NCBI GenBank assembly: GCA_002496015.1
Contig: DAIF01000006.1
Span: forward strand, 7,403-71,402
From: Candidatus Pacearchaeota archaeon UBA73
GTDB taxonomy: Archaea > Nanobdellota > Nanobdellia > Pacearchaeales > GW2011-AR1
Direction of reading: 5' to 3'
Length of the DNA: 64,000 nucleotides
In this document: piece after piece, positions 8,646 through 17,297 of the stretch
How positions within the stretch are numbered: the first letter of the stretch is position 1
Layout: every line of letters begins with the position of its first letter
Notes under the pieces: generated by a model
What the model was told of the DNA's origin: nothing
Seen by the model: the letters and a program-made list of their open reading frames with translations, nothing else
Databases searched by the model: none
Made by a program: the position numbers and the translations under genes

Positions 8646-9279
8646 GTTTGATTACTATATTTTCAATGATGACAGAGATGTCTTCAATTTTGTCTGTAAC
8701 TAGCTCCAGGTTGTAGTAAACGTCTTTTAACTTTATCATTTCAGGAGCGTTTATTTTTTTCGCATAGAGTTCAGCCATAGCTTTTTCAAATAAGTCGTCA
8801 GCTTCATTCTCAAGCTGATGAATTTTTATTCCGTTTTTCTTTGGGAAGTCTATTTTCTTTAAATGAATTAAAATGATTATTATTTCTTTCATTCCTTCTT
8901 TGATGATTTTTGAGAGTTCTGTTATACACTTGTCTGTTTTTTTCAGGTCATAGAGAACTATTTGTTTTGTGGTGCTGTGGATGAGGTCTATTACGTCGTC
9001 TAGTAATACTGAAAGTTTGTTTATGTCTTCTTTGTCAAGAGGTGTGATGAAGACTTTGTTAAGGCTTTCGTTGATAAAGTGGGTTATGCGGTCGCCGCGG
9101 TGTTCAAGTTCTTCTATTTTTTTGAGATATTCCAGTTTTTGTTCTTTTTTTAATTGGGGATATTTTCCGATGAACTCTAGGAAAACGTCTATGCCTTGTA
9201 AGGCGTTTTTTCCCTGGTCTTCAAGCATATTGAAGAACTTGTGTTCTCTTGGGACGAAGAAATCTAGTAGACCTCCCAT
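8638..9279 (-). CDS. PhoU-like/DUF47 phosphate-transport regulator (PiT partner)
   Basis: Helical protein encoded directly upstream of PiT. The start is trimmed to the internal Met (MGGLLDFFVPREHKFF) because the longer ORF-track N-terminus runs into the repeat element at 9325..9469. Confidence 0.7.
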   Translation of the reverse strand: MGGLLDFFVPREHKFFNMLEDQGKNALQGIDVFLEFIGKYPQLKKEQKLEYLKKIEELEHRGDRITHFINESLNKVFITPLDKEDINKLSVLLDDVIDLIHSTTKQIVLYDLKKTDKCITELSKIIKEGMKEIIIILIHLKKIDFPKKNGIKIHQLENEADDLFEKAMAELYAKKINAPEMIKLKDVYYNLELVTDKIEDISVIIENIVIKHG

Positions 9280-9324
9280 TATTGGAAAAAAATAATGGTT
9301 GTTTTTAAGTATTGTTGTATAAGA

Positions 9325-9469
9325 GGCTCTGTTGAAAATTTTCGCCTCAGATAATTGGACTTGCCGATTTTGTAATAATATCTCTGCGTTCGTAAATTGG
9401 ACTTGCCGTTGAGTGCGGCGCAAGTCAAATAATAGCGGCTCGGCGCGTTTTTGGCTTTTTCAACAGAGC
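9325..9469. mobile_element. short MITE-like element (subtype 2) with the same terminal inverted repeats but a different core
   Basis: GGCTCTGTTGAAAATT at 9325 and TTTTCAACAGAGC ending at 9469. The core contains two direct copies of AATTGGACTTGCCG plus GCAAGTCAAATAATAG. The same core motifs recur at 46095..46354 and 59390..59608. Confidence 0.5.
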
Positions 9470-9482
9470 ATGTATAAGAAGA

Positions 9483-10502
9483 CTACTTTTGAGGATAAGC
9501 TGCTTTGTGTAATTTCCATAGTTTTGCGTTTTCTCGGATTGGTTTGAGTAATAAATTAAGTTCTTTTGCAAGCGCGTTTTTTAAATCCATTGGATGGAGT
9601 TTTTTATCTACGAAGTCTCTTTCCAGTTCGTCACAGGAGCTGTAAGAAACATTACCGCCGAATTTTTCCGGGCGGGTGACTGTGAACTTTTGTTTTTTGT
9701 CTTCTTTGAGCACAAAGATTACGTATTTTAGGAAACCAATTAAACCGTTGTTAGGGTCGCCTTCAACACAGTTTGCTTTGTTGATTTTCTTTTCAACTGT
9801 TTTTTCATCGTCAAGCAGATCAATCTTTGAACCCTCAATGCTAGAGGACATTTTTTCTCCAATTAGTCCTGCAATCATCGGGTTCATCAGCTCTACTCTA
9901 GGAGTGTAGCCTATTTTGGGGAGGAATTCGCGAGCGAAGACTAAAATTTTTCTCTGATCTACACCGCCAAATTGAATGTCTGTTTCCAGATATACTTCGT
10001 CTAAAGATTGCATAATGGGATAAATTAGATTTCCTAGCTTTGGATTTTCTGTCATTTTCACGACTTCAGAAGCGGCTTTTGTTACGTCTCTAGTTGAAGC
10101 TAACATGCTCAGCTTGAGAACATCTTCAAAATATTTTGGTTTGAATTGAAATGTTGAACCTTTTACAAATTCTAATCTTTCTAGAGGAACATCTATGGAG
10201 TGTAGCATTTCTTTTATTAATTCGGCATAGTATTTTTCTCTTTTTTCCAGAATCTCCCACGGAACGCCATCAAGTGCGGCGTGCAAATCTGCAATTAATA
10301 CCTTTACTTTCAGATCTGCTTTAAGGAAGTCTCCGAGTTTCAGTAATGGAAAATAGTATGAGATATGCGGGCTGCCAGTAGGCATTGTTCCCCAGTAGAC
10401 TGCCGGGTTTTTCTTTTTATTTAGTAGTTCCTTGAGTTCAGTTTCAGAAATAACTTCTTGCAGATTACGGGTTATAAGTCTGAATTTTTCTTCGTTGTTC
10501 AT
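9483..10502 (-). CDS. tyrS: tyrosyl-tRNA synthetase, archaeal/eukaryotic type
   Basis: Class I HIGH-like motif PTGSPHISY and KMSKS motif KMSSS. It aligns with archaeal TyrRS from memory (IYPIMQ, QFGGVDQRKI). Confidence 0.85.
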   Translation of the reverse strand: MNNEEKFRLITRNLQEVISETELKELLNKKKNPAVYWGTMPTGSPHISYYFPLLKLGDFLKADLKVKVLIADLHAALDGVPWEILEKREKYYAELIKEMLHSIDVPLERLEFVKGSTFQFKPKYFEDVLKLSMLASTRDVTKAASEVVKMTENPKLGNLIYPIMQSLDEVYLETDIQFGGVDQRKILVFAREFLPKIGYTPRVELMNPMIAGLIGEKMSSSIEGSKIDLLDDEKTVEKKINKANCVEGDPNNGLIGFLKYVIFVLKEDKKQKFTVTRPEKFGGNVSYSSCDELERDFVDKKLHPMDLKNALAKELNLLLKPIRENAKLWKLHKAAYPQK

Positions 10503-10513
10503 TTTTAACGGAA

Positions 10514-10861
10514 TTGGATAAAGGATATAAAGGTTTTGTTGTTATTAGTCCAATGAGGAGATGGGCGTTTGTAATTTTCATAGTTGGGATTTTTTTGATG
10601 TTTGTTTTTTTGAATTTGTCACCTGTGGAAACTAACGAGATTGCGAGTTTGGAATTAAACACGCGAGTTAGTGTAAGTGGGAAAGTGATTGGGGAGAGAA
10701 TTATATACGCGGGAACAAAAATTTTGGAATTGGACAACGGAGTGATTGTTTTGTGTGAATGCGGTGAAAGCTTTAAGGGGAAAGAAATTAAAGTTGTCGG
10801 GAAGGTTTCAGATTATGAGGGAACCCGACAGGTTGTGGCAGAGGAGATTTTATTTCAGTGA
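10514..10861 (+). CDS. membrane-anchored OB-fold-like small protein
   Basis: N-terminal TM, then a beta-rich ~70-aa domain (KVIGERIIYAGTKILELDNGVIVL). Confidence 0.4.
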   Translation: MDKGYKGFVVISPMRRWAFVIFIVGIFLMFVFLNLSPVETNEIASLELNTRVSVSGKVIGERIIYAGTKILELDNGVIVLCECGESFKGKEIKVVGKVSDYEGTRQVVAEEILFQ

Positions 10862-11386
10862 GCTCTTGAGTTTCTTGACTCTGTTGATTCTGGGGGAGGA
10901 AATCCTTGCAGGTTGCGGCTGCTTTGGAACGGGGCGAGGCTGAGTTTCGACGTATCTGACAGGAATTATGTTTTCTTCGGCGGACCAAGCTGCTACACCG
11001 AGGAGTATGAGAGTTATCAGCCATCCTGCAGACGGTATCAACGAAAAGAGTATCCACCAACCTGGTTTTCCGACCTTTTCAAATATCTTCCAGAACCAGA
11101 TAAAGTTGAAGACGGTGAATGCGATAAGTGAAAGGAAACCGATGTATGGTATGAACATCCCTGCAAGAAGAAAGATTGGCCACCAGTGCATTCCAGCCAT
11201 TTGACTGTAAAGGTAAAAGTTCGCTAACGGGATCCATGCAAGCCAGCCGTATTTGGTTTGAGTTTTTTTGGCGAGGCGCATAGTTGCTAGCGATAAATAG
11301 ACGTAAATCGCTATTGCGATAATAATCAAAATTGCGGCTATTCTTGAAATAAACGCAAGAAATTCTATTAGTTCCACCTCTGCCAT
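10850..11386 (-). CDS. integral membrane protein, unknown function
   Basis: Four to five hydrophobic helices, Trp-rich loops, Pro-rich C-terminus. Confidence 0.45.
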   Translation of the reverse strand: MAEVELIEFLAFISRIAAILIIIAIAIYVYLSLATMRLAKKTQTKYGWLAWIPLANFYLYSQMAGMHWWPIFLLAGMFIPYIGFLSLIAFTVFNFIWFWKIFEKVGKPGWWILFSLIPSAGWLITLILLGVAAWSAEENIIPVRYVETQPRPVPKQPQPARISSPRINRVKKLKSSLK

Positions 11387-11439
11387 CTTTTTACGTGGAA
11401 AAAATTATTTAAATATGTTGTGATAGTAGCTTTTGAGAT

Positions 11440-11838
11440 ATGCACGAAATTAATATTGCAGATAGAGTCTTGAGGGAAGCGAGGGACGCTGGAGCCAGCC
11501 ATTTTTTTAGGGTAGAAGTAGGTGAGTTGTGTGAAATAACTGCTGAGGAGTTAGAGGAGGGTTTGAAGAGGCTGACTGAAGTTGCAGTGCTTGATAATTT
11601 TAATTCTTTTGGGAATGTTGTTTTGCAGAAATCTGGTGAGCCAGATTTTAGCGAGATGAAATTTGAAGTGGGTTTTGTTGAAAGCAAGATAAAATGTTCC
11701 TGTGGTTTTTTGGGGCGGGCGAGGGTTGCTGACAGAGGACACGGGTATTGCGTATGGGATTGTCCATTGTGCGGGGCGAGCGGTTCGAGGGTGGAGGTTG
11801 TCTGGGGTGGGGAGATTAAAATCATCGAGGTTGAGTGA
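11440..11838 (+). CDS. hypA: hydrogenase nickel-insertion protein HypA
   Basis: Begins MHE and carries two CxxC pairs (CSCG ... CPLCG) in a zinc-finger arrangement, sitting next to hypC and the hydrogenase genes. Confidence 0.7.
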   Translation: MHEINIADRVLREARDAGASHFFRVEVGELCEITAEELEEGLKRLTEVAVLDNFNSFGNVVLQKSGEPDFSEMKFEVGFVESKIKCSCGFLGRARVADRGHGYCVWDCPLCGASGSRVEVVWGGEIKIIEVE

Positions 11839-11880
11839 TGAAATTTTTCGGGAAACAAATTTAAAGTTGTTTTAATTGAT

Positions 11881-13338
11881 TTGATAATGGTAAGGACAGA
11901 GCCAAGGCCGTTGTTTCCTAAAGGTCGAAAAGCAGAGCCGAAAGATTTAGCTGCGGGGAGGTATGGCACTGCCGAGATGGTTGATATATGGGGACCTGAA
12001 AGAACATTTGAATATATACTAAGGGCGCAAGGCATTTCTGCGTTGGTATTGTCGAGATTGCATCCAGAAATTTTGCCTGCTGATATAGCTGGGGAAATTG
12101 CTGAAAGAGCAACTTTGAAATACTGTGATCCGGCAAAAATTCGCGCAGAAGAGGAGCGCACGGGACATGATGTTATTGCTGTAAATAATGTTTTAGAGGA
12201 GGCGTTAAGTGAAAGGGCAAGGCCGTTTGTAAATATGGCAAAAACTAGTGCAGACAGCACGCAACCTGCCAGGGCATTGCAACTTAGAGCTTCTTTGGAA
12301 GTAATTGCCGAAAGCGTTGAGAATTTGAGGGATATTTTAATTGATAGAGCTGTGGAGTGGAAAGATGTTCGGTTCATGGTTGGGACTCATTTGTATGATG
12401 CTTTGCCAAGCTCTGCCGGAAGGGCGTTTGCGCATTATGCGGAAATGCTGCAAACCGGTTTGGACTTTTTAGCTTTTGTTCATTCTCATTCTATTGTCGG
12501 AAAATGGGCTGATGCTACGGGGGACCATCATTCGGCTAAGGCATTAGGGATTGATGGAATTGCATTGCAGGAAGCGTATTGTAGGGAGTTGGGGGTTGGC
12601 TGGATGGATGCGCCAGCGCAAGTTCCCGGACTGGAGTTTGAAGCAGATGTAACGTATGCCCTGGCGCGATTGGCAGAAACAGGTAATAATGTCGCGAGAT
12701 TTATTGCTTGGGGAAGAGGTGATGATGTAAATATTTTTGTTAACGGATCTCCTCAAAGGAAAAAAGGGTCTTCGGCGATGCCGCATAAGGATGCCAAGAA
12801 TGGAAATCCGACAGTGGAAGAACAGTTTATGTCAGTGGGGAATTATATGCGTGGAAACATGGTTACTGCTTTGGCTAATTGTGAAATGCCTTATGCAAGA
12901 AATTTAGCAGCTTCAGCGAATTCCCGAATTAATTTTGAGGATGGTTTCAAGTTTTTGGATCATGGGGTACGAAGGTTAGCCGGCACGACGTATTGGCTGA
13001 ATTTGAGGGGAGACAGGAGTGTTGAAAGGGTGCAGAGGAGTTTTGGGGTGGTTACGGCACAGCAAGTTATGACTTATTTGACTGATCCGAGGAGGACGAG
13101 CGAACCAATGGCGCGGAGCAGAGCGCATGATTTGACGGGGCGGCTGGCGACTTATGCGTGGGAGAATGGTAGGCCATTTGGGAAAATTCTTTTTGGCAGT
13201 TCGGAAGTTGTGAGGCGGTTGGGGGAAGAGACGATTAGTGAGATTACTAATCCTATTGGGTATGTGGGGGAGAGTGTAAAAATTGTGGAGATGATTGCGG
13301 AGAAATATCATTACAAACAGACATTTCCAAAAGAATAA
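11881..13338 (+). CDS. purB: adenylosuccinate lyase (class II fumarate-lyase family)
   Basis: N-terminal RYGTAEMVDIWGPE and lyase signature SSAMPHK. Confidence 0.8.
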   Translation: MIMVRTEPRPLFPKGRKAEPKDLAAGRYGTAEMVDIWGPERTFEYILRAQGISALVLSRLHPEILPADIAGEIAERATLKYCDPAKIRAEEERTGHDVIAVNNVLEEALSERARPFVNMAKTSADSTQPARALQLRASLEVIAESVENLRDILIDRAVEWKDVRFMVGTHLYDALPSSAGRAFAHYAEMLQTGLDFLAFVHSHSIVGKWADATGDHHSAKALGIDGIALQEAYCRELGVGWMDAPAQVPGLEFEADVTYALARLAETGNNVARFIAWGRGDDVNIFVNGSPQRKKGSSAMPHKDAKNGNPTVEEQFMSVGNYMRGNMVTALANCEMPYARNLAASANSRINFEDGFKFLDHGVRRLAGTTYWLNLRGDRSVERVQRSFGVVTAQQVMTYLTDPRRTSEPMARSRAHDLTGRLATYAWENGRPFGKILFGSSEVVRRLGEETISEITNPIGYVGESVKIVEMIAEKYHYKQTFPKE

Positions 13339-13362
13339 ATAGGTTAAATCTTAGAGGAAAAT

Positions 13363-13575
13363 ATGTGCTTAGCTGTTCCGGGCAAGATTGTGGGGATTGA
13401 AGGCGATGTCGCGACAGTAGATTATGGGAGCGAGAGGCGAGTGGCGCGAATAGTTTCCGGGGAATATTCCATTGGAGATTATGTAATTGTGTCTGCTAAG
13501 GTGGTGTCGGAGAAGGTTGACGAGGAACAGGTGAAAGGTTGGATGGAACTTTTGAATGCTGGAGAAAATTGTTGA
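13363..13575 (+). CDS. hypC: hydrogenase maturation factor HypC
   Basis: MCLAVPGKIVGI start (Met-Cys N-terminus) and C-terminal GDYVIV motif. 70 aa. Confidence 0.8.
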   Translation: MCLAVPGKIVGIEGDVATVDYGSERRVARIVSGEYSIGDYVIVSAKVVSEKVDEEQVKGWMELLNAGENC

Positions 13576-13576
13576 T

Positions 13577-14059
13577 ATGGAGCCGGAAGTTCTTTTTTTG
13601 AGATGCGCTTTTCCTTGCACGGAAGGGAAGGTACATAGGAATGAAATAACACGGGATGATTTTGATTATCTGGAGGAAGCTGCGAGAGAAGGTAGGGTTG
13701 TTAAGCATGAGATGTTAGGAAGGGTTTATTCCTTTGCGGTTGCTGAAATGACTAAAGTTGCTGATGAATTGGGAAAGTCTCTTTGGGATAAGGCTGTTGT
13801 CGAGGAGTATTTCTTTGTTAGGCATAATCAAGTTATTGATGCACGGGAGGGACCGTATTCTGCGGCGCCAGAAGTAATGTGCGAGTATTGCAAGGTTTAT
13901 GATGCGGAAGTAATTGATGTCGGAAAGAGAGATTTATTGGTGAGGTATGGCGATAAAACCAGGCACGTTCTGAAAGATTTTGTGCAAGACGCAAAAGAAG
14001 GGGACAGGGTTAAGATTCATCAAGGTTATGCAGTGATGATTGAGGATGGGTTCTGTTGA
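13577..14059 (+). CDS. HypC-like C-terminal domain protein with ~100-aa N-terminal extension
   Basis: The last ~60 aa (MCEYCKVYDAEVIDVGKRDLLVRYGDKTRHVLKDFVQDAKEGDRVKIHQGYAVMIEDG) mirror HypC (MC.., VDFG..R.V.L.LV.DAKxGDxVLVHVGFA). An internal ATG at 13877 would give a stand-alone 60-aa HypC paralogue. The start is chosen just after the hypC stop. Confidence 0.5.
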   Translation: MEPEVLFLRCAFPCTEGKVHRNEITRDDFDYLEEAAREGRVVKHEMLGRVYSFAVAEMTKVADELGKSLWDKAVVEEYFFVRHNQVIDAREGPYSAAPEVMCEYCKVYDAEVIDVGKRDLLVRYGDKTRHVLKDFVQDAKEGDRVKIHQGYAVMIEDGFC

Positions 14060-14260
14060 AAATCTTTCCGAAATGTCTGCGCCCACCCGGATAATCTGAT
14101 TTGCGAAGCAAATCAGTAATTGATAGTAGACATTTCGAGTTTTGCGCAGGTTTCAGATTCCCACTTTGGATTCTCCTACGGAGAAAACCCTCCCTTTCCA
14201 CCTCTCCGCCCTTCGCCCCAAATTCTAGTAAACCTGCAGTTTGCGACTTTTTCAACAGAA
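14049..14260. mobile_element. MITE-like element copy 2 (module A hairpin plus short module B)
   Basis: GGTTCTGTTGAAAATCTTTCCGAAATGTCTGCGCCCACCC... at 14049. It ends ...GTAAACCTGCAGTTTGCGACTTTTTCAACAGA at about 14260. Confidence 0.6.
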
Positions 14261-14309
14261 CATTGAGGATGAAAAAGAATAAAAACTAACTTTTCTTTTT
14301 TTCGGCGAG

Positions 14310-14984
14310 GTGAAAATGAAAGCCAATATTGAAAGTTTTGAGTGGCTTACTAAAAACACTTTTTTTATGAAGGTTAAACCTGAAGAAAGGGTGGATTTCA
14401 AAGCAGGACAGTTTATGATGATAAAGGCAGGAGGGAATGAGAAGCCGTTTTCGATAGCATCGTTTCCTGGTGAGGAGACGATTGATTTTTTGATAAGCGT
14501 GCATCCGGACGGGACCGTGACGCCGAAGCTGGCGAAGATGAAAAAGGGAGATGCTCTGGAGATTGGAGGACCTTATGGAGTTTTTACGGTTAGGGATACA
14601 ACGGCGAAGGAGATTGTTTTTGTTGCGGCTGGTACGGGGATTGCGCCTTTTCGGAGTATGATAATGGATGCGCTGCAGAGGTTTCCGAAGAAGAAGATAA
14701 AGCTGATGTTTGGATTCAGGGAGAATTTTTATTTTGAGAAGTACTGGAGGGAGCTTGAGCATAGTTATGGTAATTTCAAGTTGTGCTTGTGCTGTTCGGC
14801 TCCGAAGGGTGGATGGACGGGCAGGGCGGGAAGAGTAACTGCGTGTCTTGAGGAAGAGATTAAAGATGCGAAGGACAAGGAGGTTTATGTTTGCGGACCG
14901 CCGCAGATGGTGCAGGACACGAGAGAGACTCTGGAAAAGAGATTGGGTTTTGGACATGAAAAAATTCATGTGGAGAAATGGTAA
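14310..14984 (+). CDS. hydrogenase gamma subunit / FNR-like FAD-NAD(P)-binding oxidoreductase
   Basis: FAD-binding RPFSIAS and NAD-binding GGPYG ... FVAAGTGIAPF. RBS GAGGTGAAAATG. Confidence 0.7.
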   Translation: MKMKANIESFEWLTKNTFFMKVKPEERVDFKAGQFMMIKAGGNEKPFSIASFPGEETIDFLISVHPDGTVTPKLAKMKKGDALEIGGPYGVFTVRDTTAKEIVFVAAGTGIAPFRSMIMDALQRFPKKKIKLMFGFRENFYFEKYWRELEHSYGNFKLCLCCSAPKGGWTGRAGRVTACLEEEIKDAKDKEVYVCGPPQMVQDTRETLEKRLGFGHEKIHVEKW

Positions 14985-15020
14985 ATAAAACTCAAGACAT
15001 GTTGTGCTAGGAATTTCATA

Positions 15021-15536
15021 ATGGTAAAGAAAAAAATAAAACAAAAAAAGGTTGAAGGCAAGAAGTTAAAAATTGGGTGGTTTAGTTTTTCGTGCTGTGA
15101 GGATTCGACGATTGTTTTTACAGAGTTGTTGAACGACCATTTTGAAGAGTGGAGCAAGGTTGTTGATTTTCAATATATTAGAGTTTTGAGGGGGAAGAAC
15201 AAACTTGAGGGGTTGGATGTTGCGTTTGTCGAGGGGGCGATTGCGTCTGATAGGGAGAAAAAGAAACTCTTTGAGATAAGGAAGAATTGCAAGAAACTTG
15301 TGGCGATTGGCTCTTGCGCCTGTACGGGAGGACCTTCTGCGCAAAGAAATATTTTTCCTAAAGAGCTTGAGAAGGAAATTGAATTTTTGTTGAGGAAGTT
15401 TCATCATTCGGATAAGGTGCATAAGTTGGAAGATTTAGTTCGGGTTGATGCGAAGGTGCCGGGATGTCCGATGAATGAAGAAAAGTTCCTGGAAGTTCTG
15501 GGAAAGATGCTTGTGGAGTTTGGAGTGAATAGATGA
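15021..15536 (+). CDS. [NiFe]-hydrogenase small (delta) subunit, group 3-like
   Basis: FSCCEDS, GSCACTGG and VPGCP cysteine motifs for the proximal FeS cluster (NuoB/20-kDa fold). Confidence 0.8.
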   Translation: MVKKKIKQKKVEGKKLKIGWFSFSCCEDSTIVFTELLNDHFEEWSKVVDFQYIRVLRGKNKLEGLDVAFVEGAIASDREKKKLFEIRKNCKKLVAIGSCACTGGPSAQRNIFPKELEKEIEFLLRKFHHSDKVHKLEDLVRVDAKVPGCPMNEEKFLEVLGKMLVEFGVNR

Positions 15537-15927
15537 AAATAGAACAGATAAAAAGTGTTATGAGAAAATATGGAAAGACTTGGGAGAAGAGAGATGCTAA
15601 TTTAATTTTAGAGTGCTTTGCTAAAAATGGAGTATGTCAAGATATGCCCCTAAAAAAACCGTTTAAAGGACGTAAAGAAATCAAGAAGTATTGGGACTTT
15701 TCTGTTATCAAGAGCGTGAGGGGGGCGAAATTTACTTTAGGGAAGTGCTATGTTTCATCTGATGAGAATATTGGTTTTGCTGAGTGGAAATGTCGGTCAC
15801 CGAAAGATGGAAAATGGAGAAAGGCACAATGGTTGGGGTGATGATTCTTAAGATGAGGGGAGACGAGATTGTCTATTTGAATGAATATTATAATTCGATG
15901 CGAAATGAGCGGGGGAGATTGAAATGA
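15533..15927 (+). pseudogene. SnoaL/NTF2-like small protein, apparently frameshifted
   Basis: Track ORF 15533..15841 (102 aa) has an NTF2-like N-terminus. The expected C-terminal strands (MRGDEIVYLNEYY) lie in the +1 frame up to TGA at 15925-15927, which forms an ATGA overlap with the hydrogenase large-subunit start. An A4 run at about 15811-15814 is the likely slip site. Confidence 0.4.
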
Positions 15928-17210
15928 CAGTTAAAAAAGTAGACATATCGATACAGAATATTTCTAAAATTGAAGGGCACGCGGATTTAGATGTGAAAGT
16001 GCGGGACGGGAGAGTGCAGAGTGTGAATTTGAAGTTTACGGATAACAAAAGATTTTTTACGCAGGCGATTCGAGGGCAGAGTGTTGAGACGCTGCCGCAG
16101 GCAGTTTCGAGAATTTGTGGGACGTGTTCGATTGCGCATACGATGTGCTGCATTGAGGCGATTGAAAGGGCTCTGAATGTGCCTGTTTCGGAACAGGCGC
16201 GGGCGCTGAAGAAATTGACGATGTATGGAATGATGATTAGAGATCATGCACTGCATATTTATCTTTTTGCTTTGCCGGATGTTTTTGAGAAAGACTCTGT
16301 TTTGGATTTTACCGGAGAGGAAACTCAGTATTTGAAAGATTCTTTTGATGTTAAACGAGCGGGGAATAAATTAACGACGATTGTTGCTGGGAGAGCGGTG
16401 CATGCGCCTTATCCGGTGCCCGGAGGATTTAGTGTTATTCCTGATATTAAAGAACTTAGAGCGTTGATTCCAGAATTGAAACTTGCGCGAGAGAAAGTAA
16501 TGAAGATTTTGGGAGTGTATGCGCGGTGCGACAGGAAATATGAAAGAGAGACAAAATTTGTCGCTTTGGGAGGGGAGGAGTTTAATTTTCTTGGAGATTA
16601 TATTTTAACTTCTAGCGGAGATGAGATTAAAGAAGAAAATTATTTTGAGCATTTAGATAAAGTTGTGATTCCGTATTCGCAGGCGGTTGGATATGAATTT
16701 GGGGACGATACTTATATGCTTGGGGCTTTAGCCAGACTGAATTTGAACAAAACGAATTTACATGCGCAGACCCGAAGGGATTGCGCGAAATATCTGAAAC
16801 TGTTTCCGTCGAATAACATTTTCCTGAATAATCTGGCGCAGGGAATTGAGATTGTGCATGCGATTGATCACTCGATTGAGATAATTTCGAACTTGAAGTT
16901 GAAGCCAGAGGAACCGCCTAAGCTTGAGTATAAAGATTGTCAAGGAATCGGGGTGATTGAGGCGCCCAGAGGAATTTTGTTTTACCGGATTGCGTTGAAT
17001 AAGGACGGGGCTGTGAAGGATGGGACGATAATTACACCGACGCAGCAGAATCAGATAAACATGGAATTGGATATTAAGAAAATTGTGCAGGCGGAGATTG
17101 AACGCGGGACTTCGAAGGAAGTGATACAATACGAACTTGAGAAGTTGGTTAGGAGTTATGATCCGTGCATTTCGTGTGCAGTGCATTTTTTGAGAGTGAA
17201 TTGGATTTAG
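15924..17210 (+). CDS. [NiFe]-hydrogenase large (alpha) subunit, group 3-like
   Basis: N-terminal RICGTCSIAH (RxCGxCxxxH) and C-terminal DPCISCAVH Ni-Fe ligand motifs. 428 aa. Confidence 0.85.
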   Translation: MTVKKVDISIQNISKIEGHADLDVKVRDGRVQSVNLKFTDNKRFFTQAIRGQSVETLPQAVSRICGTCSIAHTMCCIEAIERALNVPVSEQARALKKLTMYGMMIRDHALHIYLFALPDVFEKDSVLDFTGEETQYLKDSFDVKRAGNKLTTIVAGRAVHAPYPVPGGFSVIPDIKELRALIPELKLAREKVMKILGVYARCDRKYERETKFVALGGEEFNFLGDYILTSSGDEIKEENYFEHLDKVVIPYSQAVGYEFGDDTYMLGALARLNLNKTNLHAQTRRDCAKYLKLFPSNNIFLNNLAQGIEIVHAIDHSIEIISNLKLKPEEPPKLEYKDCQGIGVIEAPRGILFYRIALNKDGAVKDGTIITPTQQNQINMELDIKKIVQAEIERGTSKEVIQYELEKLVRSYDPCISCAVHFLRVNWI

Positions 17211-17297
17211 TATTATCGAAATATTTCTTTTGCGCGGAGACTTGAAGAAGTACGAGTCAGTAAAGAGAAGTTAGCGATTTCCTCAAACTGTGGAAGA

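Noticed and set aside
8638-9423. Long N-terminal extension of the PhoU-like gene (track start 9423)
   Set aside because: The extension overlaps the MITE-like repeat at 9325-9469. An internal Met (MGGLLDFF) gives a normal-length DUF47 protein.
11409-12377. 322-aa minus-strand ORF spanning hypA and purB
   Set aside because: It is antisense to two well-supported plus-strand genes (HypA zinc finger, PurB lyase signature). Its composition is low-complexity Ser/Thr/Leu with no motifs.
14286-15044. 252-aa minus-strand ORF opposite the hydrogenase gamma subunit
   Set aside because: It is antisense to an ORF with clear FAD/NAD-binding motifs and an RBS. The antisense product is an Arg/Leu-rich artefact.
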